A stretch of 64,000 nt of DNA from contig CDROCS010000279.1 of assembly GCA_977020255.1 (NCBI GenBank), positions 62,001 through 126,000 on the forward strand. The letters run 5' to 3'. This document shows positions 53,640 through 64,000 of the stretch, in pieces. The DNA is from Obrimoposthia wandeli (lineage: Eukaryota). Below the pieces are notes generated by a model. It searched no databases. It was given only the letters and a program-made list of their open reading frames with translations, and was not told where the DNA came from. The position numbers and the translations under genes are program-made. How positions within the stretch are numbered: position 1 is the first letter of the stretch; each line of letters starts with the position of its first letter.

Positions 53640-54050
53640 TATTAATTTGTATGCCTTTGTAATTGAACTATTAAAATTAAATAATTTTTTCCTATAGATG
53701 AATTTCTTAGGTAATTTTTAAATTTATTTATTATGTTTTCAGAAATTTTAGGAACTTTCATGCTACAAGAACATTTTGAGGGACATCGATTATGTGGTGT
53801 TTGCAGTAAATCCCGAATATGTTTATTGTTAAGTTTATCGAGAGGAATATTCACACTAAGAAAAGCACTAACCACTTTCAATGAATAATCGGCTTTATTC
53901 AGGAAAGTTTCGATTTTAAGAATTAGGTATTTAATAAATTTTTGATGATTTGCTCCCATCATATGCTGCTCTACAATAAAATTGTTTTTCTCCTCAGACC
54001 ACTATGGGACGCATTATAACAAAAAATATTTTAGAATGACCAATGGTCTG
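53640..54050 (-). pseudogene. CGGBP1-like / hAT-related transposase N-terminal relic
   Basis: SEEKNNFIVEQHMMGANHQK (zinc-finger end) followed by VVSAFLSVNIPLDKLNNKHIRDLL. Confidence 0.55.
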
Positions 54051-54149
54051 TGACTTCGTGACTATGTAAACTTATCGATTAAATATTTTCCCAAGTACAA
54101 CAACTGAAAGCACTCCTCATTGCCTTTCCATTTAGGTCAAAACGTTAGG

Positions 54150-54550
54150 TTTCAGTGATTGCAGGGCCTTCTTCGAGTTTTTTTGCTTCTTTGCTATGCC
54201 ATTGACTTAAAGGATGCTGCATAAAAAAAGCAAAATACTCAGGATATCTTTTAGATAATTCCACTCGCTTTTCCTAATGACCCTTCGTAAGTTTATGTCC
54301 CACCTTAATTTTGTATGGATATATCTTCAGATAGTTGTGCATTAACTTCCAGGCGGTGCAGCACTTCTTCAGCCATGTTCACATACATTTCATCAATAGC
54401 AGATCCTCTAAAATTCAGGCAACAGTTTCAAATTTTGCAATCATGCTTCTCAATGTTGATTATTTTGGAAATGATGAATTTTGTATCTAGGCCAGATTTC
54501 GTACTTTCATCTTTTAGCACATTCAATTGTATATCGATTAAACTGGTAAC
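54150..54550 (-). pseudogene. Tc1/mariner (Tc3/DUF4817-like) transposase relic
   Basis: IAKFETV ... MHNYLKIYPYKIKVGHKLT...KRVE. Confidence 0.5.
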
Positions 54551-56010
54551 ATGACTTAGAGTCGCCGGATTGCAGAATAAAGCGTATTTAACTATAAAAT
54601 TCCGGACACACAGTATTCGTACTCAGTATGCTAGAATGTTTGAAATTCACACAACCATGAGCATGCCATTGATTCGCCCTTAAGAAGTCAGGGAACGCGC
54701 TGGCCATTCTAGAGACCATGTTCTGCCAAGTGCAACATTAGAGAAATACAGACGAGCCACGACTTGCAGGTAAATATTTTCTTTACGACGCTTGTTAAAC
54801 AAAAATACTTATTCAACACACGACAACATTTTCTGTGTTCATGTTTGTGAAGTTTATGTCAAACTGATCAATCTTGAATTGGATACCATACATTATCTGT
54901 AGGGTCTACTAGTGAAGACTATTGTAGTTTGTGGAGACAATAAATATTTCATACCGAGTATGTCGAATTTGAATCATCAAAATAATATGACAAAAATTAC
55001 AACAACAAAATGTAGTTGGAGTTTGAAAAAGTTACAAAAGTTAAGCCTTTGTCGAACAATAACTTTCATACAATATAATAAAAAGTTCATAAAATAAAGC
55101 AAAATATCTTACAGCCAAATTTTAAAATAAAATTATTTATATATATAATACTTAATCTTCTTAAATTTTATTATATTAAATATCTCCAATTTCTATCAGT
55201 GCTTAATTAATATTTAAGCAAATATGCAATTTTGTTATTAACTTTTAAAAAATATTTTAATAAATAAAATAGATATTTTTTTTAATGATGCTTAATAAAA
55301 TATCCAATCAATACATATATTGTAGGGTTTTTTTCTTTTAAATTTTTAATCCTCGTACGAAGGCCCCCAACGTGATATGGCCTTCTGTAGCGATATGGCT
55401 TACATATGGATGTGGCCTACCTATTCAAGTCTCTAAAGGTTTTTGTGTTGTGTTAAGAGTTGTGAACAAGATAATTTAAAGTTCCCTAAAACTATTGTTG
55501 TGTGGTGTGGGTCTGAATCTTATGTTAGCGTCTCCCTGATTAATTCTCGGCTTAATACGGTTATCCTAGTTGCTATCAAGTTACGTTGACCTATCTGAAT
55601 ACGTGGGTGGTTCCCTAACAAGTCTTATGCTAAGGTATAGGTGGATGTGTCCGGTCTAATCCACACCCCCTACCCCCACTGTCCTTTAAAACCGTGCATG
55701 TGTGTGGAGTGAAATTTTGTGTATCTGTGTAGGGAAAAATTGAAAAAGCATCGAATAGGAAGGAAGTTCGGGGTACCCCCTATATTTTTATTTAACTTTG
55801 AAATTTATCTCGAAAGTGGTTAGAGAAGACCACGAGAATCCATATTGGACCCGACGGCTTTTCGCAGACGAGATTTCAAATAATATATTACAACTATTTT
55901 TAAGAAAGATTACTAGATGTTAAATATTTAGGTCAGAGAGAAAAATAGATCTATATAATTTAGAAGAGTAAAAACAAAATACGAGTCAAAATTATTTTTC
56001 AAAACATTTA

Positions 56011-56408
56011 TTAAACATAAAACAACATATTGGCTTCACTCAAAGTCCAGAGAGGATGCATTTTCCCATCATCAGCAAAATATCCATTGAGACGTATTGA
56101 GATATTCCATAGTTCTTCATCTAGAATTGGAGCAATCAAATATCCTAGATCATCTTTAAAATCCAGACTGGGATCAGTTTCAAGCTGGAAACAATTTCCT
56201 TCATATACATAATCAGGAATGTAAAATCCCAAAATATTTTTCAGTTGATCAAAATCAGTTGTTGTTAAAATTTTGATGAGATATTTATTCTGCACTTTTG
56301 ATATTTTCACAGGATTCATAACTCGTATAATTTGATGCTTCTTTAATATATTACATAGTTTTCCTTTTGAAATTCTTTCTGGATAATAATAATTTGCTAC
56401 ACATCCAT
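56011..56408 (-). pseudogene. ORF134 copy B; 7-nt deletion after the start codon, downstream frame open from Met at 56319
   Basis: ATGGAT-GTGTAGC versus ATGGATAAGAAATGTGTAGC in copy A; the remainder is about 90% identical. Confidence 0.8.
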
Positions 56409-56544
56409 TCTAAAATAAGGAAACTGATTAAAAACAATGTTTATAAAACAATACATATAAGATACATATATTGAAAAAATAAAACTGATTATTAAATGAA
56501 AGAAACATAGTAAAACTAATTACAATTTATTACACGTAAAAAGT

Positions 56545-56976
56545 TTAAAACATAGAAATATGAGCACGTTCAATTTTCCACATAGGCAACTTTGTCCCCA
56601 TTTCATCTTTCTTGTAACCATAAAGTCGAATTGTTACAATCCATTGTTTTTTTTTCGGAAATGCATCAATATCAACATATCTTCCATAGTCATATAGAAA
56701 TGCTTCATCGGGTCCTCGGATATAAAATTTGTTCTTATTGAAAGTAAAATTCGGAACTGCCTTTTCTATTTTCTGTTTAAGATATTGAAAATCAGATTTT
56801 TGAATATTTGATAGATAGTAGCTGAACTTTCTTCTTTCAATTGTCACAGGATTTACTAAAGCAATCAGTTGAGCCTTCTTCAAGAATCTGACTTTGTATT
56901 TGAAATATTGTTTCACTTCTTCATACATATTCTTATCCGATTCTTCAAACATTTCTATATCTTCGTCACCGCTTAA
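56545..56976 (-). CDS. ORF158 copy B (5' end lost in the gap)
   Basis: Open frame MFEESDKNMYEEVKQYFKYKVRF...KIERAHISMF. Confidence 0.75.
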   Translation of the reverse strand, partial: LSGDEDIEMFEESDKNMYEEVKQYFKYKVRFLKKAQLIALVNPVTIERRKFSYYLSNIQKSDFQYLKQKIEKAVPNFTFNKNKFYIRGPDEAFLYDYGRYVDIDAFPKKKQWIVTIRLYGYKKDEMGTKLPMWKIERAHISMF

Positions 56977-57134
56977 NNNNNNNNNNNNNNNNNNNNNNNN
57001 NNNNNNNNNNNNNNNNNNNNNNNNNNNNNNNNNNNNNNNNNNNNNNNNNNNNNNNNNNNNNNNNNNNNNNNNNNNNNNNNNNNNNNNNNNNNNNNNNNNN
57101 NNNNNNNNNNNNNNNNNNNNNNNNNNNNNNNNNN
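56977..57134. other. Assembly gap (158 N)
   Basis: Run of N inside Maverick copy B. Confidence 1.
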
Positions 57135-57145
57135 ATATTTTAGAC

Positions 57146-57229
57146 CTCCCCCTGTCCTTTAAAACCGTGCATGTGTGTGAAGTGAAATTTCACTCCATAC
57201 ACATGTACGATGTTAAAGGACAGGGGGAG
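57146..57229. repeat. Subterminal palindrome at the right end of copy B
   Basis: CTCCCCCTGTCCTTTAAAACCGTGCATGTGTGTGAAGTGAAA|TTTCACTCCATACACATGTACGATGTTAAAGGACAGGGGGAG; about 42-bp arms, about 5 mismatches, no spacer. Confidence 0.9.
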
Positions 57230-59352
57230 TGGGTGTGTGGATTAGACTGGACATATCCACCTACTCTAAGGCTTTGCGTTTAATTGAAACGATTTATTTC
57301 TATGACAACATGGACACTAATTCTCTACACAGAATTATTAGAAACAATTACTACTTCTCTACTGGAGAATCTACAAAGGAAACAGTTACCAATTCTCGAA
57401 TGCAGAATTCACAAGCTAATTAAGATCGACACTCTATACGTTCGTGACCAAATATCCTTTTAACAAATACGCTATTATCTCGCGGATAATTCAATCAAAT
57501 ACTTAATTATTAATTTTATAGATAATTTAAAAGGTTTTAACTTTTTAGTTCAATATATTTGCAAGAGATTTTAACTTTATATTTTTACGTTATATCTCAC
57601 GATTTGTTTTGGAGGATGTTGTCCAATTGATCGGTCTCCTTTTGCCATCTGATACACAGTCCTCAGATACGCAGTCCTCAGATACGCAGTCTTCCGATAC
57701 ACTTCTTCCAGCTCAGTCCCAATCTGTTATCATCTGATTTACCCGATTCAGTTTCTAGAATGATGTGTATCACACAATAAAGCAATCGCCATATATAATT
57801 GACTGATCGGTGATTTTCTCGAGGCCGGATGCTGTAATGACGAGATCGCGATGTTGCTGTGCGGCCAAGTTGTTGAATTGAAACATAATCGGCTGTTAAT
57901 TGCCGTTGTAAATGGTGACTTTCCTAATGCCGTTAATGGCGATGTGGAATTTGGATAAATTAATTTGTCACATATTAATTAATTTCCACCATGCGATTCC
58001 GTCGACCCCTCGAGCTTTTGCTCCAATCTTCAACAGGACTTTTTTTAACATTTTTCTTAGCTTAGAAACACATTTTCATGACCTTTTCAAGGTGCTATTT
58101 TTTTGCATTAATTAAATATTTTATTTTAATTTTATAAACTTCAATTTAGAAAGTTATTTATTTATTATAGATTCTTATTTTATTATTTTTATTCATTTTT
58201 CCTAAGTCTAACAATATAAATATTTAAAAAAAGAGAACATTTTGCCGATGCTGACTTTCTAAAAAGAGAAAGAACTACTAAACGAACAATTTAGGCTCCT
58301 GAAAGATGGGGATTTGACAGTTTAGATTTTCTGTCTGATCTCAATGTTTCAGAGCATGACGATTTGCCAAGTGATTGAGGGTGTGGACTTGAAAATATCG
58401 ATGATCAAATCCAGTTGAATAAATAAAACAGATGCAGATGTTAACCCTGAGTGGAGTAACGACGGAGACCACGACGTATATGGAAATATTGATAATCCAT
58501 CCTGCAACTTCAAATATATTTTACAGGGAGAATCACTAAATTGATATCCACAGAAATTTGCCAAATAAAGACATGTCAACCTACACTGATTAAATAAAGG
58601 TTCTTTTTGGTCTTTACATTAGAATGGACATTTTCAAAATTCTAAAAAATCGTATGTTATTGAGTAGAAAAGCGAGACTATCAATCATTGCCGATCATAC
58701 GGTCATAGGCCATCACAAAATGAAAAAACCATGTAAAACCCTCCGGCACGTGGTAAACTAATGAAGAAAGTGTAATGTTTTGTCAAAGATCAAAATTATT
58801 TGATTAAATTCCATACAAACAAAAATTTTATTTCCTTTATTGAATCCAGGTCTCTATCATTTTTTAAATGCATGTTTTGGGTTATTTTTATGTTTATCTG
58901 TACATCCGGAAGAAGGTAAAAACGTAATATATTTTCATATTTGCCAACAATAAAGGGTTAACATGAAATTTGACCGCATCGGAAAATAAGTTTAGCAGAA
59001 ATTACCGTTAATTTTTGAATACGAGTGCACTGGTATGTATGACGATTATCTTCTGAAAGCAATAGAAATGATTGATTAATAACAGTCTATCTTTGTAACT
59101 GTGGGAAATAGTTTCTTCTTGTCATCTCAGAATTTTCCTATGCAATACCGCATGAAACACAGTTTAGCTTTTTGTTCCATGCTTAGGCTCTCTTTATTAG
59201 AATGGCTGAAACTGAAATCCTTTACTAAAAGAAGCTAATTTGAAATTTGATTCATCGGTTTTCAGATTTTTAAAAATTGGAAATTTCTAAAACTATTTTT
59301 ATTGAAAAACTATTACAGTGGCTAAGTCTTGCTCTGAATATTCGGCCTGCAG

Positions 59353-59730
59353 CTGCTGAAGATGGTTGTCCTGGTGGCGAGTCTGTACGGCTTGAGCCAA
59401 TTGCCGCGCCACGTCTTCTTCCTCTTCAGCCTGAACCACTCCGAGATGTGGATCAGCGAGCGCAAGCACTTGTTACTGTACGGCTGGCTCTTCTGCATTC
59501 TCGCTGGCCTCTCCGCAACGGGCTACAATCCTCTGATATACTGTTGGATGAATCCCCAGTTCCGCCGAGCCTTCAGACGCATCTTGCGCCGTCTGCTACC
59601 TCCGCCATGTCGACCTGCCGTTACTCCAACTTCGGCTTCAGCAGTCACCAGGGGCCCCACTACTCGCTCTCTTCTAGCGCAGGGAGGCCCCCATCACCCC
59701 CACGACCAGCACCAACATGGAGACATGTGA
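59353..59730 (+). CDS. Neuropeptide GPCR last recognisable exon: TM6-TM7-helix 8-C tail
   Basis: CCTGCAG|LLKMVVLVASLYGLSQLPRH...LAGLSATGYNPLIYCWMNPQFRRAF...*. Phase 0; joins exon 18152-18385 as SKRK|LLKM; NPxxY present. Confidence 0.92.
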   Translation: MLKMVVLVASLYGLSQLPRHVFFLFSLNHSEMWISERKHLLLYGWLFCILAGLSATGYNPLIYCWMNPQFRRAFRRILRRLLPPPCRPAVTPTSASAVTRGPTTRSLLAQGGPHHPHDQHQHGDM

Positions 59731-60239
59731 GAGAGTTCAACACCCCCAAACAGTTGGCAACAAGTAACGACTTGTCTTCTGGCCACCCAATTGTCTTTCA
59801 ATCGATATTTTCAAATTAAAATTTAATATTAAACATTTCTATCATTATCTTGACAAAAAATTACAAAATTCAGAGAATAAGCTCTTAAAAGTTAAATATG
59901 TAAATTTTTTGCAATGCATAAATTTGAAAAATTAAAAAATATTTATATATAAAATTTATATTCATTTTAAAATAAAAAAAATAAAATTTTCCACTTTACA
60001 AATAATACTAAACAGTATCCTTCAATCTTAATCAGTTTAATTTTTTAACAAATAATATTAATTGACTACGAATCTGTGCTTAATATTTGCTAAATTTAAC
60101 TATTAAAAGAGAATTAGTTAAATAACATTATTTAAATTTTTTTGTCATGTTTAAAATATTTCAAAGTATAATTAAATTCAAAGTTACTTAAAATTTGTTT
60201 TTAAATAGGTTAAATACAATGTGAGTTAGCATACAGTGA

Positions 60240-60923
60240 AATGAGGTGAGGCACCGTCTTGTTGATATTACTTCTACCGGTTTCTCCAAATGTAGAGCTC
60301 AAATTCATCTCTGAGAAGGTCACAATATCGTCCTGAGTTCCCGGTTGCTGGGCTGATGTCGTAAGCCAACAGTCCACCACAACCAATGCATGCCCAAATC
60401 GCCAAGGCAGCAGTTTTACCCGGATTCATGAAACGAACCCTAGGATTTTCGGTGCCCTAATAATGCACATCGTATTTGTTCATTGTTCCATTGCGGTGAA
60501 TTACACATTCATCTGAGCATGTCATCTTTCGGTGAAAGGCGCGATCATCCAAACATTTATTGCGCATCACTCCACAAAGATCAAGTCGACGACCATCGTC
60601 TGCAGCACACAAAAATTGAGAATACAAAGGCTTATAGGGATGACATACGTTGAACCGACCCATAATACATATTCATTTGATGTTGTTTGATGTTCGTTCA
60701 CACAATCCGCATTTGAAGCCATATTGTAATCACCAGATGACCTCACTGGCCTTCCTCATCTAGGCTGACCGAGGCCAAATTTCCTGCCTGCAATATTTTA
60801 TACTTTCAATGCAGTATCGTCGTCTTGGTGGTGCTCTTTGTTGTATTTGTCAGCACTCTTAAATACAATTCCCTAAGCAGTGGCTGTAACATTTTCTGAG
60901 ATTGTCTATTCGTCATCGGCCAT
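60240..60923 (-). pseudogene. Tc1/mariner (Tc3/DUF4817-like) transposase relic
   Basis: ATG at 60923; CHPYK...CSDECVIHRNGTMNKYDVHY*GTENP...AIWACIG (cf. FSDEA.FH.NG.VN.HN.RYW..ENP). Confidence 0.7.
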
Positions 60924-61352
60924 GTTGCTATAGTAGGTGGATGTGTCCGGTCTAATCCCCACCTCCCCCCACTGTCCTTTAAAACCGAGCATGTGTGTGG
61001 AATGAAATTTCGTGTATGTGTGTGAAGTGAAATTTTGTGTATGTGTGTAGGGGAAAAAATTTAAAAATTGAAAAGTAACGAAGTACACCCCATCCCCCCA
61101 AAAAAAATTAAAATTTTACTTTGAAATTTATCTCGAAAGTGGTTAGAGAAGACCACGGGAATCCATATTGGACCTGGCGGCTTATTGCAGACGAGATTTC
61201 AAATAATATATTACTACTATTTTTAATTTTTAGATTTTAGATTTTAGATTACTACATGTTAAATATTTAAGTCAGATTTATAAGAGAAAAATAGATCTAT
61301 ATAATTTAGAGCAAAAAAAACAAAATACGAGTCAAAATTATTTTCAAAACAT

Positions 61353-61760
61353 TTATAAAACATAAAACAACATATTGGCTTCACTCAAAGTCCAAAGAGG
61401 CTACATTTTCCCGTCATCAGCAAAATATCCATTGAGACGTATTGAGATATTCCATAGTTCTTCATCTAGAATTGGAGCAATCAAATATCCTAGATCATCT
61501 TTAAAATCCAGACTGGGATCAGTTTCAAGCTGGAAACAATTTCCTTCATATACATAATCAGGAATGTAAAATCCCAAAATATTTTTCAATTGATCAATAT
61601 CAGATGTTGTTAAAATTTCGATGAGATATTTATTCTCCACTTTTGATATTTTCACAGGATTCATAACTCGTATAATTTGATGCCTCTTTAATATATTACA
61701 TAGTTTTCCTTTTGAAATTCTTTCTGGATAATAAAAATTTGCTACACATCTCTTATCCAT
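61353..61760 (-). pseudogene. ORF134 copy C with a premature stop near the C-terminus
   Basis: ...DDGKM*PLW versus KMQPLW in copy A (CAG to TAG). Confidence 0.8.
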
Positions 61761-61905
61761 TCTAAAATAAGGAAACTGATTAAAAACAATGTTTATAAAA
61801 AATACACATAAGATACATATAAGATACAAATATTTAAAAAATAATCCTGATTATTAAATGAAAGAAAAATAGTAAAACCGATTACAATTTATTACACGCA
61901 AAAAG

Positions 61906-62545
61906 TTAAAACATAGAAATATGAGCACGTTCAATTTTCCACTTAGGCAACTTTGTCCCCATTTCATCTTTCTTGTAACCATAAAGTCGAATTGTTACAA
62001 TCCATTGTTTCTTTTTTGGAAATGCATCAATATCAACATATCTTCCATAGTCATATAGAAATGCTTCATCGGGTCCTCGGATATAAAATTTGTTCTTATT
62101 GAAAGTAAAATTCGGAACTGCCTTTTCAACTTTCTGTTTAAGATATTGAAAATCTGGTTTTTGAATATTTGATAGATACAGTAATTATTCACCTATAAGG
62201 GGTCCCACCTATAAGGGTGTCCGGTCACCGAAAATTTCACGCTTCACCTATAATAGTACCTTTCCAAGCTTTTAAATAATGCATCTATAAGTGATTCGGT
62301 GTCGGTCTCTCTCAAAAACATGTTTTAATGAATACCCTTACAGGTGAATAATTACTGTAGTAGCTGAACTTTCTTCGTTCAATTGTCACAGGATTTACTA
62401 AAGCAATCAGTTCAGCCTTCTTCAAGAATCTGACTTTGTATTTGAAATATTGTTTCACTTCTTCATACATATCCTTATCCGATTCTTCAAACATTTCTAT
62501 ATCTTACTCATCGCTTAATACCCGTTGTCTTTGATATGAATGCAT
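61906..62545 (-). pseudogene. ORF158 copy C, disrupted by a MITE
   Basis: Collinear with 1206-1682 except for the insertion at 62179-62357. Confidence 0.85.
62179..62357. mobile_element. 179-bp Tc1/mariner-type MITE with TA target duplication
   Basis: TA|CAGTAATTATTCACCTATAAGGG ... CCCTTACAGGTGAATAATTACTG|TA; 23-bp TIR with 1 mismatch. The empty site GATAGATAGTAGCTG is in copy B. Confidence 0.95.
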
Positions 62546-62795
62546 TTACTATGATTTGTCATCCAATGACGCATTCTTTTATACTAATTTCTAACAAAGA
62601 CATGAATCTCTTTGGTTAATAAAACTAAAGCATTGAATTTGATTGGACTAAATCCATATTAAAAATCAAATTTGATTGGAAGAAATATATCATTCAATTA
62701 TAATAGGTTTACAAGATAATTACAAGAAACATGAAATAAAAAAGCAGGTTTCAGACTTATCTAAAGAAGATTTTATAGAATACAATTTTAGTCTA

Positions 62796-63328
62796 ATGAA
62801 ACTCGTAAATATAAATTAAAAAGCTAGAACCGAAGATGATGTTTCGTACTTACCATTCAATGAATGGAAGCCGAGACAATATGTAGAAAAGTTTGACAAT
62901 TTCACAGTTGTTATTTTTCCTACAGGTTAGTTTTTTTATTTTCATATTGAATTCTTTTAGGAAATTGTCGTGTTATGGGATACAAAATACCAATACTTGG
63001 GTTCAATTTACCATTTAGAATTCGAATCACTGCAATACAATCAATCACGATTTCGGCTAATCTTGGGAAACATATAAATCTTTTAAAAACTGCAGAGAAA
63101 ATGAAAGAAGAATGCATGTTTGAACCAGAAATGTTTCCTGCTCTCAGTTATTTGAAGTTTAAACCGCTATGTGTAAATATACTTTCCAGTGGTAAAGTAA
63201 TGATATTGGGATTGAAAATGTTTGATTATCCAGACATTGTTGATTTGATTTTAGAAAATATATCTTATTACATCTTGTTATCTTTTCTATCAACAAACCC
63301 GTTTAAATTTATTGTTTCAAATGAATAA
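62796..63328 (+). pseudogene. TBP-like gene, copy C (exons 62796-62925, 62961-63328; 35-nt intron); nonsense codon 8
   Basis: Same exon-1 length (130 nt) as copy A with TAT changed to TAA at 62817-62819. Intron GTTAG...TTTTAG at 62926-62960. Exon 2 is open through the C-terminal helix region. Confidence 0.75.
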
Positions 63329-63595
63329 TACTATAAATAGAGACAATGAAGTGGATCGTCTTGCCGACGAAATATTTTCTGGAAAAATTAGGGGTAACAA
63401 TATTTTTTTATCGGAATTAAAAAATAATGATATAACAAGAGATAACATTGAAATATTGGTAAGATCACACGTTATAAGAGAATTTAAAAATCGTCACAAA
63501 TAAATAAAATTTTATCCAAATATTCATTAATTAATTTTTGTATTTCATCTACAATAGCTCTATCATTGTACATTTCAATAAAGAAACTTCTATGA
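63321..63595 (+). pseudogene. Small membrane-protein ORF, copy C, frameshifted before the hydrophobic tail
   Basis: 1-nt deletion (CGT-CACAAATAA versus CGTACACAAATA in copy A). Confidence 0.7.
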
Positions 63596-63632
63596 TAATA
63601 TAAACAATATTAAAAATGAAAGAGTATATGCA

Positions 63633-64000
63633 ATGGAGCTAAATAATAATGCTGTATTTCAAATAGTTGGCCCAAGTGGAAGTGGAAAGACACATTTCGT
63701 CTGTAAATTGTTGCAAAATGAATCTCTTTTCAAATCTAGTTTCAAAAATATTTATTGGCATCATGGTGGAGGAGGGGAAAGCGGGTTAACCAAAACAGAA
63801 GTTTGCAAGTTGAAGGGTATAAAATTTATTGAAGGATTTGATGCAAATTGGTGTAAAAGATTGAAAAAAGAAGATGTAATAATACTTGATGATTTGTATG
63901 AGGAGGCTAACAAGGAATCGGACTTTAATAATTTATTTACAAAGATTGCAAGACATCGTGAAGTTACAGTTATATTTATCACTCAAAATCTGTTTCACCA
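63633..64000 (+). CDS. FtsK/HerA (A32-like) DNA-packaging ATPase of Maverick/Polinton type, truncated by window edge
   Basis: MELNNNAVFQIVGPSGSGKTHFV...VIILDDLY...LFTKIARHREVTVIFITQNLFH: Walker A, Walker B, the RH motif and ITQ motif in the expected order. Not listed in the ORF track because it has no stop in the window. Confidence 0.9.
   Translation, partial: MELNNNAVFQIVGPSGSGKTHFVCKLLQNESLFKSSFKNIYWHHGGGGESGLTKTEVCKLKGIKFIEGFDANWCKRLKKEDVIILDDLYEEANKESDFNNLFTKIARHREVTVIFITQNLFH

Larger units (their letters stand above)
55636..57265 (+). mobile_element. Maverick copy B: both termini present, 6-bp TSD CTAAGG, apparent size 1.63 kb with an internal gap
   Basis: CTAAGG (55630-55635) | TATAGGTGGATGTGTCCGGTCTAATCC ... 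GGATTAGACTGGACATATCCACCTACT | CTAAGG (57266-57271). About 80-bp imperfect TIRs; carries ORF134 and ORF158 copies. Confidence 0.9.
60932..64000 (+). mobile_element. Maverick/Polinton-like element, copy C (body continues off the right edge)
   Basis: Begins AGTAGGTGGATGTGTCCGGTCTAATCC (AG-start terminus as in Polintons), then ORF134, ORF158, TBP-like, TM ORF and packaging ATPase. Left flank hexamer TGCTAT. Confidence 0.9.

Noticed and set aside
57651-57702. 15-bp repeat GATACGCAGTCCTCA x3
   Set aside because: Short simple repeat with no supporting ORF or structure.
1-64000. Copies A and C as the giant TIRs of one ~64-kb element
   Set aside because: The AGTAGG terminus at 60932 and the terminus at 3469 face the window interior, so both element bodies lie outside the window.
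1-64000. Naming the host species or assigning a gene symbol to the GPCR
   Set aside because: Composition and one divergent partial receptor are not enough without a database search.

Overview
AT-rich animal (probably invertebrate) genomic DNA; the species cannot be determined from this sequence. The only host gene is a rhodopsin-class neuropeptide GPCR (RYamide/NPY-receptor-like). Three GC-rich exons (16524-16724, 18152-18385, 59353-59730) splice in frame across a 1.4 kb and a 41 kb intron; its 5' exon(s) were not found in the window. The rest is a graveyard of transposons: Tc1/mariner, hAT, Ty3/gypsy, L2, an R2/NeSL-like element, a Penelope-like element and MITEs. Standing out is a recurrent Maverick/Polinton-like (polintovirus) family. 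It has three young copies (A 1-3469, B 55636-57265 with a 6-bp TSD, C 60932-64000), a diverged copy (D from 10547), an old pPolB relic (6917-7640) and smaller scraps. The family's terminal module is a packaging ATPase, a small membrane protein, a TATA-binding-protein-like gene and two tandem paralogues of unknown function. The TBP-like gene is hidden from the ORF track by a 35-38 nt GT-AG intron; spliced, it gives a compact two-repeat TBP fold. This module is the best candidate for an undescribed system. All family calls are from motif recognition by eye; no database search was run.
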